Shown: in pieces, positions 34,920 through 49,786 of the stretch | How the letters are laid out: every line of letters starts with the position of its first letter | How positions within the stretch are numbered: position 1 is the first letter of the stretch | The notes under the pieces: model-generated | Seen by the model: the letters and a program-made list of their open reading frames with translations, nothing else | Databases searched by the model: none | What the model was told of the DNA's origin: nothing | Assembly (NCBI GenBank): GCA_049724395.1 | Contig: JAUGWO010000064.1 | Location: 62,001 to 126,000, forward strand | Length of the DNA: 64,000 bases | Reading direction: 5' to 3' | DNA from: Spongospora subterranea f. sp. subterranea | Lineage: Eukaryota | Translations under genes and position numbers: made by a program

Positions 34920-37900
34920 ATGGACAACTGAATAACGACCAAAATTTAACAACCTAAATACGTGACCAGTATGTTCGATTTTCATCTCTATTCATTCATT
35001 AAATCGATTTTTTTCGCCAATGACGGGTATTTGTCGCAATTGCGCCTAATGGATTTGACCTGCACATTGCACCAAATGGTGGTTTAGCTGACGCTTTTGA
35101 CTACCGTGAATTCCTCGTCGATCATCCCGTGTTAGAGCGCAATCGTCGATTTCGATGAATTTTCTTACGGTCAATCGCCAAACGAACCCATTGTTGGTTT
35201 CGTAATTGATAAATTCTGGGCGGTTATTGTGTGCGGTGACGTCCGAAAGCAGAACCGTTATATGCTCAAGAATGATGGTTACATAAAACTTGTTGAACTT
35301 CGCAAGCTCTACACTGAGCACCCATAGTCGACGCATGGCGATCACAGCCCAATGCACCAAATCAACCCATCAGCAGGGCATCGTCGGTCAAATCGATTTC
35401 GTGTGGACAACAAGAGGAGCAAGTTAATTCTGCCCGCATTTTTCAGCCATAATGGATGAATTTTTTGTATCGTCCCGGCTTGGAGCCAAGTTGATTATTC
35501 CGGGAAATGATCCGAGCAAGCTTCCTGAGCCAAAGTTGACTGGAGTTAGGTTCTTTATACCAAATAATATGGCAGCGGCGCTGTCAGGACCTTATAGTGG
35601 CCATTGTTACGATGCGGCGGTATGCTACTTTGGCCGCAGCGAATACGTACCACAGATCAATGGCGGAGAAGAACTGCTTTAACAATGGATGGGCGCGCAA
35701 GTTCTTGTCGTTGAAACGGACATGAGCAGCGATGACCTGGGCCGCCTTTTTCAAAAGGCCCTGGTGAGCTCGCCGCCTTGAACCAGGCTCTGACTACAGC
35801 GAGACGTTCGCCCCAACTGCTTGTCCAGCAAGCATGTTCATTATACTGGCACTTGCCGCTCAACACGGTCTGTTAACTCGTCAGATTGATTTTGTTGCAG
35901 CATACTTGAAGGGAATTATGGAGCATGAAGTCTATATGCGTCAACCGCCCATTTTCATGTTGAAATGCCGATTCGCGAAAATTCTGTGCCGTTGATAGGT
36001 CCGAGAAACGGCCGAAAGAATCCTGACCAGTGTGTGATCAAACTCATAGAACCGCTCATTTTCACGGTCACTGGTTGGCACAGGAACGTCTAAACCCGCC
36101 GACACTGATTCAATACAGGGTGTAGTTCAACCCATCCGAGTACATTTGGATAGACCAGCTCGAGGACCCTTATGGACCAAAAACAAACAACTCCAACTTT
36201 TTCATATTGATAAAACACCTTCGGTTCCCAGTTTTGTCCAAAATCAATATGATTTTGACGCTTTTAGAGCGTTTCGCGCTTTCTGTTTTCCTAGTCGTAG
36301 ATCTGCACGGCGAGCGGTCACCGATGCTTAGATTTACAACACCTTTATGATTGAGGGCGTTGAAATGGACGGTTCCTGAAACAGGCGGAAGCGGTGGCGG
36401 TAATGCGACAAAGTTTATCGGCGGTACACAGCAACGACACCAACGTTCTGTCACCAAACCGACAGGAGACGAAGAAGGGGGTCGACTTCCTACAAACGAG
36501 TTTGTTGAGTATTGGCAGCGCCAGTTCCGAAGTTGGCCTGGACACTTGTCGAAAACTTGCAAGAAGGCGATGTTGATTAAGTCGATTTGATGGAACCGAC
36601 TCAGTGGCTAAAACAAATCACATCATCAACTCGATATTCTGAACAACGCAGGAAACAGACATTGTTGCAAAAGGCATGTTGATGACATCCTGTTTGTTCA
36701 CAACGACAGCAATTTCTGCCAAGAAGCCATCGATCAGCAGTCTTCGAAGTTCGACATTACTGACCTTGATGGGGTGCCAACCAGTCAATTTCGTCGAATA
36801 CAGTTTGGAATGGGGGAATCGCCAGGGATTTGTGCAAAGGGTTCAATTGAATGAGAAACACGAAAAGATTTGGACAAGTTGGACGAATGGTCTGAGGATT
36901 GTCGCCATTTCAAGTGCATAAACACCAGATTTCCATTCGGATTGACCAGTGAACAGAACCGAATGCGTCTACTGGGGTGAGTGGATTCGTTATGAACGAA
37001 TATCGGGTCTCCGTGGATCGACCCTCAGGAAAATGAGAGTTGGCGACATTGATTAACCGTGTACAGATCGTCATATCAGGGCCACAGAGATAGTCCAGAC
37101 CATTATTGAGCCAGGATCTAAACCTCACAGCCATCATAGCACTTTAACACCCAGTATCATCCACACCACCTTGTTTTCAAAGGATGCATTAAATTAGTTC
37201 GGACGATAACAATTTTCAAACAAATAGGTTGCTATGAAAAAACCGAGAACTTTCTTGCCCTTGATTTGATACTTCGGTATGTTTATGCCGGCAGAGAAGT
37301 TCTCGATATTTTCATGTCAAAGTTCGGAGGGCAAGCGAAGCAAGCTAAAATAAGAAAAAATGGGCTCTTCGTAATTTTTACGTTTAAGCAGAACTGTGTG
37401 GATCACCCTTTGTTGTCTTTTCAACGGGGGAGGGGAACTTCATTTACATGTATTCTCTTCTTCTTTTACAGTTGTCCCAAAACTCAGTACGTATTGCAGA
37501 TCCTGCTTCGTAAACGTCCAACACAACACTGTACACCGTACACCGTACAGTGGGCGTGGTGACTCAGCTCACTGACTGTAACATAGGTGGGCGGTGGGGA
37601 TGTGCGGCGCAGCCCCAACACACCCCGCTGCTGCAGTTGCACTGCCGGTTATCCATCCGAGATGGCGCTATCTCGGCTATGCTCCGACTGCCACGAGCTC
37701 GTCCGATACCCTGTTTGCTATTGAATTCGAAATCATGCCAAGTAAGGATGCAGTCCGAGCATTTGTTCTTTGTTTTGATCAGACGTATTCTAACAGGTTG
37801 ATGACGATGATGATCCATCTCATCTGACGGTGATAACCCGATGTTAACGAGGCATCAGCACCGAAAACTTCGAACAACAAGTTCCAGATTTGAAAACAAA

Positions 37901-40900
37901 CCGGCACCATCGATCCCTTAACTGACTGGATTCGTGAAACGGAAGCCGCAATTGACAAAGACCTGATCGAAATGGCCATGAAAAACGGAATGCGACTCCA
38001 GAGTAACAATGTTCCTGGTTTCCTCCTATATCGTCTTTTTGCAGCGAGGAAGGAAATGTCAAACTCAAGGACTTTACTGAGTTCCAAAGCCTGAGCGAAG
38101 CCGCATATCAGACGGTGATGAGGAAATACGTCGACAAGCTGTCGGATATGTTGGGTGGACGCTTATCTCCATCCCGCGTACGTCAATCCACCATTTTACA
38201 TTCACTTCACGTTGGCCTTATTCCAATTCGGCAGGTCTGGTTTTCAGTGGGTGGCCTGGACATGTCAGAGACGAGGAATAGCTCCTCGGAGTGGGCCTCG
38301 TCATTACTGATTTCGATTTTATCGGCTGTTTTACGTGTGGAATGTGTTTGTCTAGGAATGGCCAAGCTTGTTGAAAACAAGGGCCTATGCCAATACAACT
38401 GAATAGCCAAATAACGACCAAATGCCGTGTCCCGCAATCCAAATAAATGACTCAGTATGTTCGATTTTCATCTCTATTCATTCATTAAATCTGAGCGTTT
38501 TCGCCAATGACGCGGATTTGGCATTCGATAGTCGATATGATGCACATATCTGCAGATGACGTTGAGACCTATAAACCGCTTATGACTCCCGGATCCGCCA
38601 CAGCACATCGGGCATCTGTCCATAGGTTGTCGATTTCGATAAATTTTCTTACGGTCAATCGCCAAACGAACCCATTGTTGGTTTCGTAATTGATAAATTC
38701 TGGGCGGTTATTGTGTGCGGTGATGTCCGAAAGCAGAATCGTACAATCTGATGCGCCGTCGTCGACAAAGAACTTGTTGAATTCGAATTCTTGTTCTAAA
38801 TCCATCATCTGCGATCTGTCATTGACGAGTCTGGGCACGGATTGTCGTCATTAAAGAACTCTCGTCTGCATTACCGACGGCAGTATGAGAGAAGAATCGC
38901 CCGGGAATCGGACGGATTTCGCCGTTGATGAATTTTTTGTAAAACCCGGCTACGAGAAAGGCAAATTCGATCGGGAAATATCCTCTTGCACTACCGATCG
39001 GATCCAGCAGCTCGAGCTGATTTCGTGATGTGCCGAGAAACATCAGCCCGGAAGAATGAAAACTGATCAATGTGCCTTCTTGCAGTCGCGTATCTACACT
39101 TGGACGAACGAACGCATACCACAGATCAAGGGCGGAGAAGAACTGCTTTAACAATGGATGGGCGCGCAAGTTCTTGTCGTCGGCTGGTACCGGACCTGGG
39201 CCGCCTTTTTCCAAAAGGCCCTGGTTAACCGCCGCCTTGAAAGATTCTACGTCAACGTCGACGGCGCTCGGGACTGTAGGAGACCATGATTTGACGTTGT
39301 CGAACGTCAGGACAAAGAGGTCGTTGGCCTCATTGCTCATGTTGAAATGCCGATTCTGAGAAACGGCCGAAAAAAAATCCTGACTTGTGTGTGTGCCGTT
39401 CACAGATAGGTCTAAGCCCATGAGCAAAGTCTGTTCCGTTTATAGGTCCCAGAAACGGCCGAAATAATCCTGACTTGTGTGTGATCAAACTCATTGAACC
39501 GCTGATTTTCACAGTCACTGGTTGGCACCGGGCACAGGAACGTCTAAACCCGCTGACTTGTGTGTGATCAAACTGATTCTGAATACAGGGTGTAGTTCAA
39601 CCCATCCGAGTACAATTGGATAGACCAGCTCGAGGACCCTTATGGACCAAAAACAAACAACTCCAACTTTTTCATATTGATAAAACACCTTCGGTTCCCA
39701 GTTTTGTCCAAAATCAATATGATTTTGACGCTTTTAGAGCGTTTCGCGCTTTCTGTTTTCCTAGTCGTAGATCTGCACGGCGAGCGGTCACCGATGCTTA
39801 GATTTACAACATTTAGCAACATCGCCTTTATGATTGAGGGCGTTGAAATGGACGGTTCCTGAAACAGGCGGAAGCGGTGGCGGTAATGCGACAAAAGTTT
39901 ATCGGCGGTACACAGCAACGACAACGTCCTGTCATCAAACCGACAGGAGACGAAGAAGGGGGTCGAGGTTTTACAAACTAGTTTGTTGAGTATTGGCAGC
40001 GCCAGTTCCGAAGTTGGCCTGGACACTTGTCGAAAACTTGCAAGAAGGCGATGTTGATTAAGTCGATTTGATGGAACCGACTCAGTGGCTAAAACAAATC
40101 ACATCATCAACTCGTCCTGTTTGTTCACAACGATAGCAATTTCTGTCAAGAAGCCATCGATCAGCAGTCTTCGAAGTTCGACATTACTGACGTTGATGGG
40201 GTGCCAACCAGTCAATTTCGTCGAATACAGTATTGAATGGGGGAATCGCCAGGGATTTGTGCAAAGGGTTCAATTGAATGAGAAACACGAAACGCTTTGG
40301 ACAAGTTGGAAAATGGTCTGAGGATTGTCGCCATTCCAAGTGCATAAGATTTTCCATTCGGATTGACCAGTGAACAGGACCGAATGCGTCTACTGGGGTG
40401 AGTGGATTCGTTGGGTCGGGTATGGGTCACGTGGATCGACCCTCAGGAAAAATGAGAGTTGGCGACATTGATTAACCGTGTACAGATCGTCATATCAGGG
40501 CCACAGAGATAGTCCAGACCATTATTGAGCCAGGATCTAAACCTCACAGCCATCATAGCACTTTAACACCCAGTATCATCCACACCACCTTGTTTTCAAA
40601 GGATGCATTAAATTAGTTCGGACGATAACAATTTTCAAACAAATAGGTTGCTATGAAAAAACCGAGAACTTTCTTGCCCTTGATTTGATACTTCGGTATG
40701 TTTATGCCGGCAGAGAAGTTCTCGATATTTTCATGTCAAAGTTCGGAGGGCAAGCGAAGCAAGCTAAAATAAGAAAAAATGGGCTCTTCGTAATTTTTAC
40801 GTTTAAGCAGAACTGTGTGGATCACCCTTTGTTGTCTTTTCAACGGGGGTTGGGGAACTTCATTTACATGTATTCTCTTCTTCTTTTACAGTTGTCCCAA

Positions 40901-43900
40901 AACTCAGTACGTATTGCAGATCCTGCTTCGTCGACGTCCAACACAACACTGTACACCGTACACCGTACAGTGGGCGTGGTGACTCAGCTCACTGACTGTA
41001 ACATAGGTGGGCGGTGGGGATGTGCGGCGCAGCCCCAACACACCCCGCTGCTGCAGTTGCACTGCCGGTTATCCATCCGAGATGGCGCTATCTCGGCTAT
41101 GCTCCGACTGCCACGAGCTCGTCCGATACCCTGTTTTCTATCGAATTCGAAATCATGCCTAGTAAGGATGCAGTCCGAGCATTTGTTCTTTGTTTTGATC
41201 AGACGATTCTAACAGGTTGATGACGATGATGATCCCATCTCATCTATGGATCCATTCGACGAGGCTCTATGCACCGAACCAATCGATTGACAAGATCACG
41301 ATCTCAGCGTTAAACCGGCACATCTTCCCTTAACTGACTGGATTCGTGAAACGGAAGCCGCAATTGACAAAGACCTGATCGAAATGGCCATGAAAAACGG
41401 AATGCGACTCCAGAGTAACAATGTTCCTGGTTTCCTCCTATATCGTCTTTTTGCAGCGAGGAAGGAAATGTCAAACTCAAGGACTTTACTGAGTTCCAAA
41501 GCCTGAGCGAAGCCGCATATCAGACGGTGATGAGGAAATACGTCGACAAGCTGTCGGATATGTTGGGTGGACGCTTATCTCCATCCCGCGTACGTCAATC
41601 CACCATTTTACATTCACTTCACGTTGGCCTTATTCCATTCGGCAGGTCTGGTTTTCAGTGGGTGGCCTGGACATGTCAGAGACGAGGAATAGCTCCTCGG
41701 AGTGGGCCTCGTCATTACTGATTTCGGTTTTATCGGCTGTTTTACGTGTGTGGAATGTGTTTGTCTAGGAATGGCCAAGCTTGTTGAAAACAAGGGCCTA
41801 TAATACAACTGAATAACGACCAAAATTTAACAACCTAAATACGTGACCAGTATGTTCGATTTTCATCTCTATTCATTCATTAAATCTGAGCGTTTTCGCC
41901 AATGACGGGGATTTGGCATTCGATAGTCAATCTGATGCACATATCTGCAGATGACGTTGAGACCTATAAACCGCTTAGGACTCTCCGGATCCGCCACATC
42001 ACATCGGGCATTTGTCCATAGGTCGTCGATTTCGATGAATTTTCTTACGGTCAATCGCCAAACGAACCCATTGTTGGTTTCGTAATTGATAAATTCTGGG
42101 CGGTTATTGTGTGCGGTGACGTCCGAAAGCAGAACCGTACAATCTGATGCGCCGTCGTCGACATAAAACTTGTTGAATTCGAATTCTTGTTCTAAATCCA
42201 TCATCTGCGATCTGTTATCGACGAGTCTGGGCACGATTGTTGTCATCAAAGAACTCTCGTCTGCATTACCGACGGCAGTATCTGAGAAGAATCACCCGGG
42301 AATCGGACGGATTTCGCCGTTGATGAATTTTTTGTAAAACCCGGCTTTGAGAAAAGCAAATTCGATCGGGAAATATCCTCTTGCACTACCGATCGGATCC
42401 AGCAGCTCGAGCTGATTTCGTGATGTGCCGAGAAACATCAGCCCGGAAGAATGAAATCTGATCAATGTGCCTTCTTGCAGTCGCGTATCTACACTCGGCC
42501 GCACGAACGCATACCACAGATCAATGGCGGAGAAGAACTGCTTTAACAATGGATGGGCGCGCAAGTTCTTGTCGTCGGCTGGTACCGGACCTGGGCCGCC
42601 TTTTTCCAAAAGGCCCTGGTTAACCGCCGCCTTGAAAGATTCTACGTCAACGTCGACGGCGCTCGGGACTGTAGGAGACCATGATTTGACGTTGTCGAAC
42701 GTCAGGACAAAGAGGTCGTTGGCCTCATTGTTCATGTTGAAATGCCGATTCGCGAAAATTCTGTGCCGTTGATAGGTCCGAGAAACGGCCGAAAGAATCC
42801 TGACCAGTGTGTGATCAAACTCATAGAACCGCTCATTTTCACGGTCACTGGTTGGCACAGGAACGTCTAAACCCGCCGACACTGATTCAATACAGGGTGT
42901 AGTTCAACCCATCCGAGTACATTTGGATAGACCAGCTCGAGGACCCTTATGGACCAAAAACAAACAACTCCAACTTTTTCATATTGATAAAACACCTTCG
43001 GTTCCCAGTTTTGTCCAAAATCAATATGATTTTGACGCTTTTAGAGCGTTTCGCGCTTTCTGTTTTCCTAGTCGTAGATCTGCACGGCGAGCGGTCACCG
43101 ATGCTTAGATTTACAACACCTTTATGATTGAGGGCGTTGAAATGGACGGTTCCTGAAACAGGCGGAAGCGGTGGCGGTAATGCGACAAAGTTTATCGGCG
43201 GTACACAGCAACGACAACGTTCTGTCACCAAACCGACAGGAGACGAAGAAGGGGGTCGACTTCCTACAAACGAGTTTGTTGAGTATTGGCAGCGCCAGTT
43301 CCGAAGTTGGCCTGGACACTTGTCGAAAACTTGCAAGAAGGCGATGTTGATTAAGTCGATTTGATGGAACCGACTCAGTGGCTAAAACAAATCACATCAT
43401 CAACTCGATATTCTGAACAACGCAGGAAACAGACATTGTTGCAAAAGGCATGTTGATGACATCCTGTTTGTTCACAACGACAGCAATTTCTGCCAAGAAG
43501 CCATCGATCAGCAGTCTTCGAAGTTCGACATTACTGACCTTGATGGGGTGCCAACCAGTCAATTTCGTCGAATACAGTTTGGAATGGGGGAATCGCCAGG
43601 GATTTGTGCAAAGGGTTCAATTGAATGAGAAACACGAAAAGATTTGGACAAGTTGGACGAATGGTCTGAGGATTGTCGCCATTTCAAGTGCATAAGATTT
43701 TCCATTCGGATTGACCAGTGAACAGGACCGAATGCGTCTACTGGGGTGAGTGGATTCGTTGGATCGAATATGGGTCCCGTGGATCGACCCTCAGGAAAAT
43801 GAGAGTTGGCGACATTGATTAACCGTGTACAGATCGTCATATCAGGGCCACAGAGATAGTCCAGACCATTATTGAGCCAGGATCTAAACCTCACAGCCAT

Positions 43901-46900
43901 CATAGCACTTTAACACCCAGTATCATCCACACCACCTTGTTTTCAAAGGATGCATTAAATTAGTTCGGACGATAACAATTTTCAAACAAATAGGTTGCTA
44001 TGAAAAAACCGAGAACTTTCTTGCCCTTGATTTGATACTTCGGTATGTTTATGCCGGCAGAGAAGTTCTCGATATTTTCATGTCAAAGTTCGGAGGGCAA
44101 GCGAAGCAAGCTAAAATAAGAAAAAATGGGCTCTTCGTAATTTTTACGTTTAAGCAGAACTGTGTGGATCACCCTTTGTTGTCTTTTCAACGGGGGTTGG
44201 GGAACTTCATTTACATGTATTCTCTTCTTCTTTTACAGTTGTCCCAAAACTCAGTACGTATTGCAGATCCTGCTTCGTCGACGTCCAACACAACACTGTA
44301 CACCGTACACCGTACAGTGGGCGTGGTGACTCAGCTCACTGACTGTAACATAGGTGGGCGGTGGGGATGTGCGGCGCAGCCCCAACACACCCCGCTGCTG
44401 CAGTTGCACTGCCGGTTATCCATCCGAGATGGCGCTATCTCGGCTATGCTCCGACTGCCACGAGCTCGTCCGATACCCTGTTTTCTATCGAATTCGAAAT
44501 CATGCCTAGTAAGGATGCAGTCCGAGCATTTGTTCTTTGTTTTGATCAGACGATTCTAACAGGTTGATGACGATGATGATCCCATCTCATCTATGGATCC
44601 ATTCGACGAGGCTCTATGCACCGAACCAATCGATTGACAAGATCACGATCTCAGCGTTAAACCGGCACATCTTCCCTTAACTGACTGGATTCGTGAAACG
44701 GAAGCCGCAATTGACAAAGACCTGATCGAAATGGCCATGAAAAACGGAATGCGACTCCAGAGTAACAATGTTCCTGGTTTCCTCCTATATCGTCTTTTTG
44801 CAGCGAGGAAGGAAATGTCAAACTCAAGGACTTTACTGAGTTCCAAAGCCTGAGCGAAGCCGCATATCAGACGGTGATGAGGAAATACGTCGACAAGCTG
44901 TCGGATATGTTGGGTGGACGCTTATCTCCATCCCGCGTACGTCAATCCACCATTTTACATTCACTTCACGTTGGCCTTATTCCATTCGGCAGGTCTGGTT
45001 TTCAGTGGGTGGCCTGGACATGTCAGAGACGAGGAATAGCTCCTCGGAGTGGGCCTCGTCATTACTGATTTCGGTTTTATCGGCTGTTTTACGTGTGTGG
45101 AATGTGTTTGTCTAGGAATGGCCAAGCTTGTTGAAAACAAGGGCCTATAATACAACTGAATAACGACCAAAATTTAACAACCTAAATACGTGACCAGTAT
45201 GTTCGATTTTCATCTCTATTCATTCATTAAATCTGAGCGTTTTCGCCAATGACGGGGATTTGGCATTCGATAGTCAATCTGATGCACATATCTGCAGATG
45301 ACGTTGAGACCTATAAACCGCTTAGGACTCTCCGGATCCGCCACATCACATCGGGCATTTGTCCATAGGTCGTCGATTTCGATGAATTTTCTTACGGTCA
45401 ATCGCCAAACGAACCCATTGTTGGTTTCGTAATTGATAAATTCTGGGCGGTTATTGTGTGCGGTGACGTCCGAAAGCAGAACCGTACAATCTGATGCGCC
45501 GTCGTCGACATAAAACTTGTTGAATTCGAATTCTTGTTCTAAATCCATCATCTGCGATCTGTTATCGACGAGTCTGGGCACGATTGTTGTCATCAAAGAA
45601 CTCTCGTCTGCATTACCGACGGCAGTATCTGAGAAGAATCACCCGGGAATCGGACGGATTTCGCCGTTGATGAATTTTTTGTAAAACCCGGCTTTGAGAA
45701 AAGCAAATTCGATCGGGAAATATCCTCTTGCACTACCGATCGGATCCAGCAGCTCGAGCTGATTTCGTGATGTGCCGAGAAACATCAGCCCGGAAGAATG
45801 AAATCTGATCAATGTGCCTTCTTGCAGTCGCGTATCTACACTCGGCCGCACGAACGCATACCACAGATCAATGGCGGAGAAGAACTGCTTTAACAATGGA
45901 TGGGCGCGCAAGTTCTTGTCGTCGGCTGGTACCGGACCTGGGCCGCCTTTTTCCAAAAGGCCCTGGTTAACCGCCGCCTTGAAAGATTCTACGTCAACGT
46001 CGACGGCGCTCGGGACTGTAGGAGACCATGATTTGACGTTGTCGAACGTCAGGACAAAGAGGTCGTTGGCCTCATTGTTCATGTTGAAATGCCGATTCGC
46101 GAAAATTCTGTGCCGTTGATAGGTCCGAGAAACGGCCGAAAGAATCCTGACCAGTGTGTGATCAAACTCATAGAACCGCTCATTTTCACGGTCACTGGTT
46201 GGCACAGGAACGTCTAAACCCGCCGACACTGATTCAATACAGGGTGTAGTTCAACCCATCCGAGTACATTTGGATAGACCAGCTCGAGGACCCTTATGGA
46301 CCAAAAACAAACAACTCCAACTTTTTCATATTGATAAAACACCTTCGGTTCCCAGTTTTGTCCAAAATCAATATGATTTTGACGCTTTTAGAGCGTTTCG
46401 CGCTTTCTGTTTTCCTAGTCGTAGATCTGCACGGCGAGCGGTCACCGATGCTTAGATTTACAACACCTTTATGATTGAGGGCGTTGAAATGGACGGTTCC
46501 TGAAACAGGCGGAAGCGGTGGCGGTAATGCGACAAAGTTTATCGGCGGTACACAGCAACGACAACGTTCTGTCACCAAACCGACAGGAGACGAAGAAGGG
46601 GGTCGACTTCCTACAAACGAGTTTGTTGAGTATTGGCAGCGCCAGTTCCGAAGTTGGCCTGGACACTTGTCGAAAACTTGCAAGAAGGCGATGTTGATTA
46701 AGTCGATTTGATGGAACCGACTCAGTGGCTAAAACAAATCACATCATCAACTCGATATTCTGAACAACGCAGGAAACAGACATTGTTGCAAAAGGCATGT
46801 TGATGACATCCTGTTTGTTCACAACGACAGCAATTTCTGCCAAGAAGCCATCGATCAGCAGTCTTCGAAGTTCGACATTACTGACCTTGATGGGGTGCCA

Positions 46901-49786
46901 ACCAGTCAATTTCGTCGAATACAGTTTGGAATGGGGGAATCGCCAGGGATTTGTGCAAAGGGTTCAATTGAATGAGAAACACGAAAAGATTTGGACAAGT
47001 TGGACGAATGGTCTGAGGATTGTCGCCATTTCAAGTGCATAAGATTTTCCATTCGGATTGACCAGTGAACAGGACCGAATGCGTCTACTGGGGTGAGTGG
47101 ATTCGTTGGATCGAATATGGGTCCCGTGGATCGACCCTCAGGAAAATGAGAGTTGGCGACATTGATTAACCGTGTACAGATCGTCATATCAGGGCCACAG
47201 AGATAGTCCAGACCATTATTGAGCCAGGATCTAAACCTCACAGCCATCATAGCACTTTAACACCCAGTATCATCCACACCACCTTGTTTTCAAAGGATGC
47301 ATTAAATTAGTTCGGACGATAACAATTTTCAAACAAATAGGTTGCTATGAAAAAACCGAGAACTTTCTTGCCCTTGATTTGATACTTCGGTATGTTTATG
47401 CCGGCAGAGAAGTTCTCGATATTTTCATGTCAAAGTTCGGAGGGCAAGCGAAGCAAGCTAAAATAAGAAAAAATGGGCTCTTCGTAATTTTTACGTTTAA
47501 GCAGAACTGTGTGGATCACCCTTTGTTGTCTTTTCAACGGGGGTTGGGGAACTTCATTTACATGTATTCTCTTCTTCTTTTACAGTTGTCCCAAAACTCA
47601 GTACGTATTGCAGATCCTGCTTCGTCGACGTCCAACACAACACTGTACACCGTACACCGTACAGTGGGCGTGGTGACTCAGCTCACTGACTGTAACATAG
47701 GTGGGCGGTGGGGATGTGCGGCGCAGCCCCAACACACCCCGCTGCTGCAGTTGCACTGCCGGTTATCCATCCGAGATGGCGCTATCTCGGCTATGCTCCG
47801 ACTGCCACGAGCTCGTCCGATACCCTGTTTTCTATCGAATTCGAAATCATGCCTAGTAAGGATGCAGTCCGAGCATTTGTTCTTTGTTTTGATCAGACGA
47901 TTCTAACAGGTTGATGACGATGATGATCCCATCTCATCTATGGATCCATTCGACGAGGCTCTATGCACCGAACCAATCGATCCTGATCAGTGACAAGATC
48001 ACGATCTCAGCGTTAAACCGGCAGATCCTTCTTAACTGACTGGATTCGTGAAACGGAAGCCGCAATTGACAAAGACCTGATCGAAATGGCCATGAAAAAC
48101 GGAATGCGACTCCAGAGTAACCGTGTTCCTGGTTTCCTCCTATATCGTCTTTTTGCAGCGAGGAAGGAAATGTCGAACTCAAGGACTTTACTGAGTTCCA
48201 AAGCCTGAGCGAAGCCGCATATCAGACGGTGATGAGGAAATACGTCGACAAGCTGTCGGATATGTTGGGTGGACGCTTATCTCCATTCCTCGTACGTCAA
48301 TCCACCATTTTACATTCGCTTCACGTTGGCCTTATTCTATTCGGCAGGTCTGGTTTTCAGTGGGTGGCCTGGACATGTCAGGGACGAGGAATAGCTCCTC
48401 GGAGTGGGCCTCGTCATTACTGATTTCGGTTCAATTTTATCGGCTGTTTTACGTGTGGAATGTGTTTGTCTAGGAATGGCCAAGCTTGTTGAAAACAAGG
48501 GCCTATAATACAACTGAATAACGACCAAAATTTAACAACCTAAATACGTGACCAGTATGTTCGATTTTCATATCTCTATTCATTCATTAAATCTGAGCGT
48601 TTTCGCCAATGACGGGGATTTGGCATTCGATAGTCGATATGATGCACATATCTGCAGATGACGTTGAGACCTATAAACCGCTTATGACTCCCTGGATCCG
48701 CCAGAGCACATCGGGCATTTGTCCATAAGTCGTCGATTTCGATAAATTTTCTTACGGTCAATCGCCAAACGAACCCATTGTTGGTTTCGTAATTAATAAA
48801 TTCTGGGCGGTTATTGTGTGCGGTGACGTCCGAAAGCAGAATCGTACAATCTGATGCGCCGTCGTCGACATAGAACTTGTTGAATTCGAAATCTTGTTCT
48901 GAATCCATCATCTGCGATCTGTTATCGACGAGTCTGGGCACGATTATTGTCATCAAAGAACTCTCGTCTGCATTACCGACGGCAGTATCTGAGAAGAATC
49001 GCCCGGGAATCGGACGGATTTCGCCGTTGATGAATTTTTTGTAAAACCCAGCTTCGAGAAAAGCAAATTCGATCGGGAAATATCCTCTTGCACTACCGAT
49101 CGGATCCAGCAGCTCGAGCTGATTTCGTGATGTGCCGAGAAACATCAGCCCGGAAGAATGAAAACTGATCAATGTGCCTTCTTGCAGTCGCGTATCTACA
49201 CTCGGCCGCACGAACGCATACCACAGATCAAGGGCGGAGAAGAACTGCTTAAACAATGGATAGGCGCGCAAGTTCTTGTCGTCGGCTGGTACCGGACCTG
49301 GGCCGCCTTTTTCCAAAAGGCCCTGGTTAACCGCCGCCTTGAAAGATTCTACGTCAACGTCGACGGCGCTCGGGACTGTAGGAGACCATGATTTCACGTT
49401 GTCGAACGTCAGGACAAAGAGGTCGTTGGCCTCATTGCTCATGTTGAAATGCCGATTCGCGAAAAGTCTGTGCCGTTGATAGGTCCGAGAACGGCCGAAA
49501 GAATCCTGACCAGTGTGTGATCAAACTCATAGAACCGCTCATTTTCACGGTCACTGGTTGGCACAGGAACGTCTAAACCCGCCGACACTGATTCAATACA
49601 GGGTGTAATTCAACCCATCCGAGTACAATTGGATAGACCAGCTCGAGGACCCTTATGGACCAAAAACAAACAACACCAACTTTTTGGATTCGTTGGATCG
49701 GATATGGGTCCCGTGGATGGACCCTCAGGAAAAATGAGAGTTGGGCGACAATTATTAATCTTGTACAGATCGTGATCTCAGGGTGA
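34920..49786 (-). repeat. Tandem array of ~3.35 kb units (about 4.4 copies): gene X (-), promoter, uS5m 5' exons (+)
   Basis: Identical ORFs recur at 40685/44032/47379 and 42923/46270 (3347 bp spacing). More divergent copies at 36146 and 39616. Confidence 0.97.
48576..49560 (-). CDS. Least-disrupted 3' part of unknown gene X (>=288 aa open)
   Basis: The ORF reads through RPIPG-R-FFSD, where three other copies have TGA. Its 5' half is deleted at ~49685. No family recognised. Confidence 0.5.

Noticed and set aside
40685..41212. 175-aa ORF (repeated at 44032 and 47379) as a real gene
   Set aside because: It has a non-ATG start, spans the promoter and uS5m exon 1, and is not open in the native copy. 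Its recurrence only reflects the array.
34920..49786. Helitron, LTR or rDNA tandem array
   Set aside because: No Rep/helicase, gag-pol or rRNA motifs and no convincing TC...CTRR ends. The unit is explained by local host sequence.
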